IMG/VR virus record: IMGVR_UViG_3300045988_178743
Origin: a virus
Length of the DNA stretch: 43,248 bases
Direction: 5' to 3' (one strand)
Shown here: positions 35,163-43,201 of the stretch, piece by piece
How positions within the stretch are numbered: the stretch's first letter is position 1
Layout: every line of letters begins with the position of its first letter
The notes under the pieces: model-generated
Seen by the model: only the letters and a program-made list of their open reading frames with translations
Told to the model about the DNA's origin: nothing
Database searches by the model: none
Position numbers and translations under genes: made by a program

Positions 35163-35281
35163 TTAAGAGCATCCCGCCAAGCCTTAACTACTTTCGCCGC
35201 CAAGAGCAATGCAAAGAGGATGCCGAAAGCGATCAGAACGCCGTAAACGAACGCCGCTTGCAACGTAAAATTCGGCTCCAT
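35159..35281 (-). CDS. 40-aa single-TM protein in the lysis cassette
   Basis: My own translation gives MEPNFTLQAAFVYGVLIAFGILFALLLAAKVVKAWRDALK. It overlaps both neighbours (TGATG, ATGA). Confidence 0.5.
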   Translation of the reverse strand: MEPNFTLQAAFVYGVLIAFGILFALLLAAKVVKAWRDALK

Positions 35282-35433
35282 CATGATTTCACCGCTTGGG
35301 TAATCTGAACTAAATAGTTAATAAGCGCCACAAGCCCCGCCACACCAATCACAGCTGTAGCGAAGCCACTCGCAAACCCTTTCCAGAACGTGATCGTTTT
35401 ATCGAGTTTCATCAGTTGCTCTTTGGATTTCAT
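35281..35433 (-). CDS. Small single-TM protein in the lysis cassette
   Basis: About 50 aa from MKSKEQLMKLDKTITFWKGFASGFATAVIGVAGLVALINYL. A longer ORF-track version is possible. Confidence 0.45.
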   Translation of the reverse strand: MKSKEQLMKLDKTITFWKGFASGFATAVIGVAGLVALINYLVQITQAVKS

Positions 35434-35534
35434 GTAAAATATTCCTAAGTCTCTTGTTTTAGACACCAAAAGCCGCACGGAAGGCGATCCGCGCGGCTTT
35501 GCTTTTTGGTGCTCATGGGGCGCTATGAGCATAC

Positions 35535-35972
35535 TCACCCCTGACGCATCAACTCCGCTTCTCTGCGACGACGAGCAACAAGCCCCGCCAGCCCCCCATT
35601 AGTAACGTCCAAAAACTCATTGGCGGCAGTTTCGTAATCGCCAGCATTGAGTGCGCGCAGCATCTTGGGGCACTTTTGAACAACGCCCTCAGCGCCCATG
35701 TTGTATGCCAAGCTCAGCAGCGCAATGAACTGATTTGCTGAAACAGGGACGTTGATGTACTTTGCAAGGCCGGTTTGTGCAGACTGCAAGTCACTGCGAA
35801 TCCATGCTTCGGCCTGCTCTCTGGAGCAGGTGTCTTCCTCTTTGACGCCGCCCGTGTGGCCCCAACCTATAGTCCAAACCCCCTTCGGACACTTGTATGC
35901 TTTGAGGCGCAATGTCTCTTCAGCCTTAACGAAAGGCATAGCTAGTTCGTAGCTATAACTATCAAAATTCAT
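35535..35972 (-). CDS. Endolysin, GH24 lysozyme-like
   Basis: The pattern EETLRLKAYKCPKGVWTIGWGHTG matches the catalytic-region spacing (E-8-C/D-5-T). Confidence 0.85.
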   Translation of the reverse strand: MNFDSYSYELAMPFVKAEETLRLKAYKCPKGVWTIGWGHTGGVKEEDTCSREQAEAWIRSDLQSAQTGLAKYINVPVSANQFIALLSLAYNMGAEGVVQKCPKMLRALNAGDYETAANEFLDVTNGGLAGLVARRRREAELMRQG

Positions 35973-36460
35973 TTTTTATCTTCCTTGTCTTCAAGACCAA
36001 CAGCGTCGAGTTTCTTATCAACTGCATTGGTCAGTCTTTCTTCCAGCGTCATAAAGATCTTTCTTAAAGCGGGCGGCAAAGCGTCGCCGTATCCAGCACG
36101 CTCAATGTTTTCCACGATCGACCCAAACTCGCCGCAGCAGTACGCGCAGAGCGTGACCGACTGAAAGACAGGAAGATCTTTGAGCACATACCAAAAACTC
36201 ACGTCGAGCCCATGTGCCAATATGATGATGAAAAAGGCAATCCCTTTCTTCACCATGCCGGAATACAACGTCTTCGAAGAAAAGCCGGTAGTTTTAATTC
36301 CTGCCCACACGCCCGTGATGAGGTCAGCGATCACAAAGATCGCAAACCACCATGCAAGGGGAGCGACGTTCTGAAGTGTTGCGCTCCAAATCAGACCTAG
36401 CCAACCGCCAAGTACTGCCAGCGCACCTTCGACAGTTTTTGGGAGTAGATCGTGGAGCAT
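35969..36460 (-). CDS. Holin (LL-H/Phage_holin_4-like)
   Basis: 163 aa with multiple TM segments. ADLITGVWAGIKTTGFSSKTLYSGMVKK and GSIVENIERAG match holin family motifs. It is directly upstream of the endolysin. Confidence 0.75.
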   Translation of the reverse strand: MLHDLLPKTVEGALAVLGGWLGLIWSATLQNVAPLAWWFAIFVIADLITGVWAGIKTTGFSSKTLYSGMVKKGIAFFIIILAHGLDVSFWYVLKDLPVFQSVTLCAYCCGEFGSIVENIERAGYGDALPPALRKIFMTLEERLTNAVDKKLDAVGLEDKEDKK

Positions 36461-36463
36461 GAA

Positions 36464-36688
36464 TTACCCCACAAAAGCGTGGAGGTACCATCCCGCGATG
36501 CAACATAGAGCCGACGACACGATGCAGACAGCCCCCCAGAACATGCGACACTTTCTCCGTGTCTCCGTATCAAGTGAGGTTTTCTGGTCGTCAAGCCACG
36601 CCTGCGCTCGATAAAGCGCAGCATCTTTCAGCTCTTCAGCGCTCACGCCGAGCGAAGCGAGCATCTTTTTCAAGTCTTCAGAAATCAT
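36464..36688 (-). CDS. Small C-terminal-TM protein upstream of the holin
   Basis: 74 aa with TM segment MFWGAVCIVSSALCCIAGWYL. Confidence 0.45.
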   Translation of the reverse strand: MISEDLKKMLASLGVSAEELKDAALYRAQAWLDDQKTSLDTETRRKCRMFWGAVCIVSSALCCIAGWYLHAFVG

Positions 36689-36738
36689 CTTTCGTGTCCA
36701 ATAAAAAAGCCCGCAGGGTTTTGGCCTGCGGGCTCGTG

Positions 36739-37014
36739 TTAAAAGGGCTGCGTCTGCCCGCCGAGTTTGGCTAATGCGTTTGCAATCTGCGCTTGATTTT
36801 GAGTGAGCTCCGTGACCGCAGTTTCCAAAGCATTTATGCGATCTGCATAGTTAGAGCCAGATGAGATCTCTGATCGCACTGTCTTGAACTCAGCTGCGAT
36901 GCGCTCGACTGCTAGATTGATTTCTTCAGAAGTCGAGCCGAGCGCCCGTGCGGCAGCCATAAAGGCCGCCGCTTTGACGAGCAGATCGCCGGCATCGTAT
37001 GCGGCGTCTGTCAT
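36739..37014 (-). CDS. Small fibre-associated protein
   Basis: 91 aa. It shares AEFK(T/S)VR(S/A)EI with 38155..38895 and a C-terminal AKLGG(Q/E)T with 792..1391. Confidence 0.5.
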   Translation of the reverse strand: MTDAAYDAGDLLVKAAAFMAAARALGSTSEEINLAVERIAAEFKTVRSEISSGSNYADRINALETAVTELTQNQAQIANALAKLGGQTQPF

Positions 37015-37022
37015 TACAACTC

Positions 37023-38129
37023 CTACTTCAATGCAGCCTCAAAGGTCGCAACAAAATCAGTCGAAGCTCCAAGAGCAGTCCTAAGCGTCGAAATGTCTGA
37101 AGCATTCGCCTGGATTGCTGCTGTGTTCGTGTCGACCTGATTTTCGATAGTTGAGAGTTTTGACGTGTGACCATCAACAGTTGTCTTCACGCTTGCGATT
37201 GTCGATGCGTTGGTCGCAGCAGCTGTCTGTGCAGCATCAGCAGTCGACTGGACGGTGTTGAGCTCTGTCTTCGTGGCGTATCCCGAGAGATCGGGCTGGG
37301 CGCCAATTTCAGAAAAGTCAGTCCACGTAATCGATTCCGGCGTATCACCAGCCGCGGCAGTGATCGTGCCAATTCGGCCGTACAGCTGATACCGACTGTC
37401 ATCTATACCACCGACGAGCTGGACGATAACAGAACCTTTACGTCGAACGCTCACAAGAAGCGGATCAGCGCTGAAATTCGTCGGGCGTTCGGTGGGCGAG
37501 GTAACGATGTACTCACCTTCCGCCGTCAGCGACGAAAGTGCGACCTTTTCACCTTCTGCAGCAGGCGCCTTAAGCACTGTAGCATCAAGCTTCGAAGCAA
37601 GACCGGTCACCAAGTCACTATCGGAGGCAGCGCCGACGTTATCGCGTGCTTGCTTCTTCTGAGCGTCTGTGATTGTCTGAGCTTGATCGTAGCGGATGTG
37701 AGCGCCAGCCACCTCATTGAGCGCAGTAATTGCATCTTTATTAGTTGTGATTGCGTCTTGAAGTTCTTTCAGAGTATCGAACTTATCACCCGCGCCATCG
37801 AGCAACTCGTCCTTTACGGCCTGCTTCGCAGCCGTGATCGCGTCTTCAATCTTTGTACTTGAGTATGTTGCCGTCGCAGAGGTATCCGCGTCGTTGATCT
37901 CAACTTTCTTCGCTAGTGCATTTTCAGCTGCAGCGATCTTACCTTCTGCTGTTTCGACCCGCTTCGTGAGCGCCGTCACTGCTGTTCCGCCGCCGTCTGC
38001 TTTTTCAGCAATTTCGTCCAAAACAACATCCAACCGCCGCCCATCGGAATGATCGATGTCGACAGTATCAGCCATGCCGAATGTGCCGTTGTTTTTCGGT
38101 TTGATTTTGTCGATGAGATAGACTGCCAT
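37023..38129 (-). CDS. Second tail fibre / fibre-like coiled protein
   Basis: 368 aa. DTLKELQDAITTNKDAITALN...IRYDQAQTITDAQKKQARDNVGA is a common phage fibre repeat motif. Confidence 0.7.
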   Translation of the reverse strand: MAVYLIDKIKPKNNGTFGMADTVDIDHSDGRRLDVVLDEIAEKADGGGTAVTALTKRVETAEGKIAAAENALAKKVEINDADTSATATYSSTKIEDAITAAKQAVKDELLDGAGDKFDTLKELQDAITTNKDAITALNEVAGAHIRYDQAQTITDAQKKQARDNVGAASDSDLVTGLASKLDATVLKAPAAEGEKVALSSLTAEGEYIVTSPTERPTNFSADPLLVSVRRKGSVIVQLVGGIDDSRYQLYGRIGTITAAAGDTPESITWTDFSEIGAQPDLSGYATKTELNTVQSTADAAQTAAATNASTIASVKTTVDGHTSKLSTIENQVDTNTAAIQANASDISTLRTALGASTDFVATFEAALK

Positions 38130-38154
38130 TTTTAAAGATCCCCCTTCAATTTAA

Positions 38155-38895
38155 TTAAGCAATGACAACCTTCGTTGCGCCAAGATTCGCATTCGTCGAC
38201 TTGTAGACGTCGTAGGACTCGGTATAGCCTGCCGGATTTTCGTAGTCGAAGGTCTTAAGCAGACTAAAACCACCTTCAAACCCACCAACCGTAAACGATG
38301 GCGTGCCGAGACGATGAGGAATGGCGTAGTAGATAAACTCACCTTCTCCAGCTGTGACATCGATCGTGCGGGCACGTGAGCCCGAAAGTACCTTCGTAAG
38401 GCCTGCGACGAATGCTTTATCAGCGCCATCAACGTCAACTGTGCCCACACCGTAGTAGCAGCCATTGAGAAAGCTGATTGACGTGGTCTTAGTGGCTTTA
38501 GCGTCTCGATCGTCGGTGGCGGTCAAGGTGTAAGTCTTGTTCGCAGTGATCGTCAGCCCAGTAAGCACTTGCTTCGTAGAAGCAACATCAATTGCAGTGC
38601 CATCAAGTGTGAGGCTCTTTGCCGTCTTGTTGAAGCTGTAGCTCAGCGTCACGTCAGTGACTGTCGAGCCCATTTCGACGGTACCAACGTCATTAGTGAA
38701 CGAATTAATCGCGATCGCTTTGTAGTTCAGATCGTCGAGCGCTTGCTGTACGGTCTTATCACCGTACGAAACCTTATCGGCAGACGTTGCCTGACCGCCT
38801 GCTACGATTTCGGCGCGGACAGACTTAAACTCCGCACCAACCCGGGCAAAGCCCTCGTTTGTACGCGTGTCAATTGACTTAACTTCATCAGCCAT
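38155..38895 (-). CDS. Virion/fibre-associated protein
   Basis: 246 aa with a beta-rich composition, inside the fibre cluster. Confidence 0.5.
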   Translation of the reverse strand: MADEVKSIDTRTNEGFARVGAEFKSVRAEIVAGGQATSADKVSYGDKTVQQALDDLNYKAIAINSFTNDVGTVEMGSTVTDVTLSYSFNKTAKSLTLDGTAIDVASTKQVLTGLTITANKTYTLTATDDRDAKATKTTSISFLNGCYYGVGTVDVDGADKAFVAGLTKVLSGSRARTIDVTAGEGEFIYYAIPHRLGTPSFTVGGFEGGFSLLKTFDYENPAGYTESYDVYKSTNANLGATKVVIA

Positions 38896-39325
38896 TGTTT
38901 ATTTTCTCCATAAAGTTTGACTCGGATAGAGCAGCTTCAAAAGTCTGGACAAAGTCGTGAGGTTCACCGAAATGCGCCGCAAGCTTCGCACCAGACCACG
39001 TTGTGTCGGGACCATCCCTTTCATCATCAATCTGCACACCTACTGTGCCGACAACTTCACCGACGGTGAAAGTCGACTCCGAGACGGCGGTAATGAGAAA
39101 AAGTTGCCCCGATGAGTTGACAACCTGATCGCCCGCTTGGGCTCCGACCGCAGGTTGTAGATTTGTGAGCGACGCTGTCTGCTCCGGGTCGAGGGAACTG
39201 CAGAAGCGACAAGAAAAACCTTGAGACCCTTTTTGGCCTGGGGGGCCTTGGAGGCCGGGAACACTTACACGAACGATTCGACGACCAAAATTTGGCTGGC
39301 AGCACTCCCCTAGCGGGGGGATCAT
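38888..39325 (-). CDS. Fibre-associated protein with a short collagen-like GXY run
   Basis: The start MIPPLGE overlaps the upstream stop (ATGA). GLQGPPGQKGSQG is the GXY run. The C-terminal DFVQTFEAAL is shared with 37023..38129. Confidence 0.5.
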   Translation of the reverse strand: MIPPLGECCQPNFGRRIVRVSVPGLQGPPGQKGSQGFSCRFCSSLDPEQTASLTNLQPAVGAQAGDQVVNSSGQLFLITAVSESTFTVGEVVGTVGVQIDDERDGPDTTWSGAKLAAHFGEPHDFVQTFEAALSESNFMEKINNG

Positions 39326-39681
39326 GCAGTTTCCGGATAAGGCCATCTGGTCACCTCCTTCGAGACAATTAAGCGGCCGCAGAGTACTCGAGTCACCTCA
39401 CCGCCAGACGTAACGAGCTCGAGGTCGTAAACCCAAGTGCCTTCAGGAAGGGCTTCAGTTACGGCATGCGGCCAGTACACTATGAGAGATGATCCGCGGA
39501 TAGTGATGCGCCCGTTCTCGGTTGTGAGCAAATCGACCACTCTCTCACTTGATGCAGATGGACGCACCTCCATGCGCGCTGTGCACCCAGTCAAATCGAG
39601 TTCTGAGTAGTCGTCCAAAAAACACAAAGGGCACCGACAGTCGGTGCCCTGATCGATGTGAAAATCGAGCTTCACAGTCAT
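39322..39681 (-). CDS. Hypothetical structural (Ig-like?) protein
   Basis: 119 aa. The pattern LDLTGCTARMEVR...YDLELV...GRLIVSKEVTR is common in phage tail accessory ORFs. Confidence 0.45.
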   Translation of the reverse strand: MTVKLDFHIDQGTDCRCPLCFLDDYSELDLTGCTARMEVRPSASSERVVDLLTTENGRITIRGSSLIVYWPHAVTEALPEGTWVYDLELVTSGGEVTRVLCGRLIVSKEVTRWPYPETA

Positions 39682-39920
39682 CTCTCCCCCCTCATACTTG
39701 GCGGAAGTTGACGTCGATGTATTTCTGCCAAATAACTTTCATAGCAATGGTCTTCATCGAACCAAAGTAGTGTGTCAATAAACGTTTTCGGCCACGTAAA
39801 ACCCTCTTGAGACAATCGATATGCACGACTTGATAACGATTCATCGGCATATCCACCAAGCAACGCGTTCAGCAGTTGATCGATAGCGATGAGTACTTGC
39901 TTCAAGCGCCGCCACATCAT
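39678..39920 (-). CDS. Hypothetical protein
   Basis: 80-aa ORF coupled to both neighbours. Confidence 0.4.
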   Translation of the reverse strand: MMWRRLKQVLIAIDQLLNALLGGYADESLSSRAYRLSQEGFTWPKTFIDTLLWFDEDHCYESYLAEIHRRQLPPSMRGER

Positions 39921-40675
39921 TCGCTCACAGAAAAGTCGACGGGATGAAACTTGATTTCGATAGCTTCAAGCTCATCTTTCGACGTTGCGGCGTTGATAGC
40001 ATCGCGCAGCTTCCACTTCTCCTGATAAGCAGCGGTACCGGCCGCAATGATTTCGAGCTGAAGTGTCTTGAGATCTGAGAGCGTTACTTTGTGAGCTTCA
40101 TTGTTGGCATCCATAAAGAGCAGACCAGTCTCGGCGAACGTAGTACTGGCTTCTGCCGCTACGATGAGACCGGTAACGTCTTGCATCGCACGGCTATCGC
40201 TGTCAACTTCAAAGCCGAGTGAACTTACAAGCGTTGCGCCATCGGCATACCAAGTTGTAAACGTCGAATCGAGTTGAGCTGTTTTTTCAGCTTTGGCATC
40301 TTCGAACGTCTTTTCGGGAATTTTCTCGACCCTCCAAGAAAGGTTGTCACCTCTCACAACGTGGTACTCACTCGATCCTTCGGTCAGTTTCTGGAAAAGT
40401 TCGCGCAACTCACTGCAGTGAGCCGTCTGCGATTCATGCGAGATAACACCACACGCAACACACTCGGCGGCAGTCGTCGGCTTCTTTTCTGCATCAAAAC
40501 CGTCACGCGTCGCGTTTAACTTGTAAAAGAAATGTTCCGTGTCTTCGGGCACGGCAGCTTCTGCAACATTGGCTGGGAGGCTGATCCCGCCTCCCATCTG
40601 CACCGAGCAGACGCCTTCAAAATAGCCGTCCTCGTCTACAAAAGGGAGGTCTTTGAGCAAATGATTGGATGGCAT
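39917..40675 (-). CDS. DUF4376-like protein (fibre assembly/accessory)
   Basis: Start MPSNHLLKDLPF. The C-terminal ...LSDLKTLQLEIIAAGTAAYQEKWKLRDAINAATSKDELEAIEI resembles DUF4376. Confidence 0.55.
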   Translation of the reverse strand: MPSNHLLKDLPFVDEDGYFEGVCSVQMGGGISLPANVAEAAVPEDTEHFFYKLNATRDGFDAEKKPTTAAECVACGVISHESQTAHCSELRELFQKLTEGSSEYHVVRGDNLSWRVEKIPEKTFEDAKAEKTAQLDSTFTTWYADGATLVSSLGFEVDSDSRAMQDVTGLIVAAEASTTFAETGLLFMDANNEAHKVTLSDLKTLQLEIIAAGTAAYQEKWKLRDAINAATSKDELEAIEIKFHPVDFSVSE

Positions 40676-40677
40676 GA

Positions 40678-41847
40678 ATGCGCTCCTCCTTATCTTCAAA
40701 AAAAATTGCGGCCTTAAAGCCGCGTGAAAAACGATTCGCTGTGGCTGACGGCCACGGTTTGTGTTTGCGTATCTATCCTTCTGGCGTTAAAAGTTGGTAC
40801 CTGCGCATCTCATATTCAGGCCGCGTGACAGACATCGCACTCGGTCGATGGCCAGAAATCAGCTTGATGCAAGCTCGACAGGAAGCTCGCAGGCGACGAA
40901 AAACACTTGGTCTTGAACCACCGAGAGGCTATGTCTTAAATGACGCCTTCAAACTTTGGTGTGGTCTAAAGAAAGGCCGCATCGTGAGTTACGCCGACGA
41001 ACGTCGACGATTGGAGCGCTATCTCATCAAACCCCTCGGAAGACGCCAGATTGACGAAATCTCTGCACCACTCGTCATTACAACCGTTAAGCACATCGAG
41101 GCAGAGGGGCATCAAGCAACACTGAAGCGCGTTCTCATGCGAACACGTGAAATACTTGACCTCGCCGTGTGTGCGGGCTACATCCATCACAATCCTTGCG
41201 AGCGTTTGAGCCGTGTCTTTGCAGCTCCCGTTGTTACGCCCATGCCGGCACCGGAGTGGCATGAACTACCAAACATCATGCAGGTGATGAAATCCGCTCC
41301 CGTACGTATGCGAATTCTTTTCCTTTTCTCGACCTGTTCAATGCTGCGTCCTGGGGAAAACGCAAAGCTCAAGCGTTCATGGATTGATGGCGACATCCTC
41401 ACGATCCCCGCCAAAGAGATGAAAATGGGGCGTATGCACCGTGTTCCGCTCACTGTCTTCATGAAGCAACTCCTCGAAGCTGAGCTACGCCTTTCTCCCC
41501 ATCCCAGAGGAGATGTCATCTTCGCTGCCAAACAAGCGGGCAAACATATCAGCACTCAAACGCTTGCTAAGTATCTGCATTCAACGCAACTCTCCGGGAA
41601 GCTCGTGGCCCACGGTCTACGTTCGATGGCACGATCGTGGATGGCAGATCAAGAGATTTCTTTTGAAGTCGCTGAAGCATGCCTTTCACATGTTGCTGGC
41701 TCTTCTGTATCGCGGGCCTACCAAAGAAGCGACTTTCTCACAGCACGCGTTCTAGTTATGACGCGCTGGAGTACCTTCATCAAGCGCTGTGCCCGAGAAG
41801 CCGATATGCTCGATGGAATCCTTGAACCCGAGCGGGACAAGATCTGA
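40678..41847 (+). CDS. Tyrosine recombinase, P4-integrase-like architecture; candidate fibre-cassette invertase
   Basis: 389 aa. The N-terminal IAALKPREKRFAVADGHGLCLRIYPSGVKSWYLR is DUF4102-like. Catalytic candidates are R (MLRPGE), HxxR (AHGLRS), H (LSH) and Y (SRAYQRSD). It is immediately upstream of the cassette array. Confidence 0.85.
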   Translation: MRSSLSSKKIAALKPREKRFAVADGHGLCLRIYPSGVKSWYLRISYSGRVTDIALGRWPEISLMQARQEARRRRKTLGLEPPRGYVLNDAFKLWCGLKKGRIVSYADERRRLERYLIKPLGRRQIDEISAPLVITTVKHIEAEGHQATLKRVLMRTREILDLAVCAGYIHHNPCERLSRVFAAPVVTPMPAPEWHELPNIMQVMKSAPVRMRILFLFSTCSMLRPGENAKLKRSWIDGDILTIPAKEMKMGRMHRVPLTVFMKQLLEAELRLSPHPRGDVIFAAKQAGKHISTQTLAKYLHSTQLSGKLVAHGLRSMARSWMADQEISFEVAEACLSHVAGSSVSRAYQRSDFLTARVLVMTRWSTFIKRCAREADMLDGILEPERDKI

Positions 41848-41872
41848 TCTAATCACCCAATATGACATGTGC

Positions 41873-41909
41873 CTAGCCCTGCGTTTAGAAGTACAGACCG
41901 CAGGGCTAG
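41873..41909 (+). terminator. Hairpin after the recombinase gene
   Basis: CTAGCCCTGCG-N15-CGCAGGGCTAG (11-bp stem). The T-tract is weak (AAACGTGCTTTT). Confidence 0.45.
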
Positions 41910-41926
41910 AAACGTGCTTTTGATGA

Positions 41927-42142
41927 CCGAATATCACTGGTCAATTTCAGGGTGGTGACCACCTTGAGACACTGGCTTCCGGCGCCTTTGGATACGCAAA
42001 AGAATCCACATCTACCCTTGGTGGAGGCGCTTATAAGTTAGATATCGGAGATTTCAAGGCTTCTCGAAGCTCTTCCGTCTACGGGGGCTATTCTGGCGTT
42101 CAACCACCAAGCATTGCCATGCTCCCATGCATCAAAATTTGA
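41927..42142 (+). other. Silent fibre cassette V1 (71 codons, PNITGQFQGGDHLE...GVQPPSIAMLPCIKI-stop)
   Basis: My own translation. In-frame TGA TGA precedes it directly and there is no start codon. The site at its 5' end is only a half-site. Confidence 0.85.
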
Positions 42143-42347
42143 TACAAGGAAGCAATGCCATTGCCGGAGGCTGAACAGTTGAAGCTGAGCCGTAAATCGA
42201 AGATGATTTAGACGCATTTATGTACAAGTTGGTACCGTTGTCTGCTCCGCCCCCAGGACCTCTTGTGGTTTCGCTTTTGTACAAAGCTCCGGCTTCAGCA
42301 AGGCCACCCCATGCGTAAGACATATTGATGTTGCCGGTTATATTCGG
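42132..42347 (-). other. Silent fibre cassette V2 (71 codons, PNITGNINMSYAWGG...TVQPPAMALLPCIKF-stop)
   Basis: It is the C-terminal part of ORF-track ORF 42132..42464. The stop overlaps the V1 stop by 11 nt. Confidence 0.85.
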
Positions 42348-42356
42348 TCCGAATAT
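42340..42356. repeat. Crossover site s1: 17-bp palindrome ATATTCGG-T-CCGAATAT between V2 and V3
   Basis: Seen by direct inspection. Flanking arms are imperfectly symmetric out to about 35 bp. Confidence 0.85.
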
Positions 42357-42564
42357 CACAGGTAACGTCAATGTCGCTAAAGGGTGGGGCAGCATCGCAG
42401 ATGCCGGCGCTTTATATAGAGAGGGGACTACACAAGCACCGGGGGGCGGTGCCGCAAACGGCACTTATGTGTACTTAGTGGCGTCTAGATCTTCCTCAGT
42501 TTTCGGCTCTTCTTCTACTGTTCAACCGCCATCCGTTGCGTTGTTGCCATGCATCAAAATTTAA
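42349..42564 (+). other. Silent fibre cassette V3 (71 codons, PNITGNVNVAKGWGS...TVQPPSVALLPCIKI-stop)
   Basis: It is the C-terminal part of ORF-track ORF 42325..42564. Confidence 0.85.
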
Positions 42565-42766
42565 TGCAAGGTAGAAGCGCCATCGCCGGAGGCTGAACAC
42601 CAGAAGAGCGGCCGAACGTCGAATCGGACGACGAAGCGTCAAAAGAGAATTGAACCGCAGAGGTTTGACTACCATTTGCCCCATTCAAGTAACCGGCATT
42701 CGAAAACGCACCTGAAATGGTCTGATTGTCGGCCTTAGAAGCGCCGAACTTACCGGTGATATTCGG
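42554..42766 (-). other. Silent fibre cassette V4 (70 codons, PNITGKFGASKADNQTISGAF...GVQPPAMALLPCIKF-stop)
   Basis: My own codon-by-codon translation. An in-frame TGA lies 3 codons upstream of PNITG. The stop overlaps the V3 stop by 11 nt. Confidence 0.85.
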
Positions 42767-42776
42767 CGCCGAATAT
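42759..42776. repeat. Crossover site s2: perfect 18-bp palindrome ATATTCGGCGCCGAATAT (22 bp if the TG..CA flanks are included)
   Basis: Seen by direct inspection. It is identical to 38..55. Confidence 0.9.
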
Positions 42777-42981
42777 CAGCGGATCTCATAATGGAACCCC
42801 GTGGGTTACTGAATCATCCGGAGCGTTTTCAATGGTCAGTCAGAATGTAAATGTTCCGGGTGGGGGCGCTTCAAGCACTAATGCTGTCAATTTTTATGCA
42901 TCCAGAACTTCATCAATCTACGGATCTTCGGCAACGGTTCAGCCGCCCTCTATCTCCCTGCTCCCCTGCATTAGAACTTAA
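42769..42981 (+). other. Inverted duplicate of cassette V5, the tip currently in the expressed gene
   Basis: It is the exact reverse complement of 268..480 and here is joined to the V4 flank instead of the constant part of the gene. Confidence 0.9.
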
Positions 42982-43201
42982 TACACGGCAAGAGCGCAAT
43001 CGATGGAGGCTGAACGGTTGTACTGTTGCCGTAGGTTTTGTTAGAACAAGAGGCATCAAATTCCAAACGGTAATTTGAACCGTTGGTATGACCGGAATAA
43101 GCTGTATCACCTACGTTAACGGGCTTGAGTGCCCCATTTTGTTCATAAAGTAAGCCGCTCCAAGGCGTAGGTGATTTATTGAGTTGACCCGTTATATTCG
43201 G
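42971..43201 (-). other. Inverted duplicate of cassette V6
   Basis: It is the exact reverse complement of 48..278. Confidence 0.9.

Noticed and set aside
41927-43201. Diversity-generating retroelement (template/variable repeat) as the source of fibre-tip variation
   Set aside because: The window has no reverse transcriptase. Cassette middles are unrelated rather than differing at adenine-templated positions. All cassettes are bounded by a shared recombination core.
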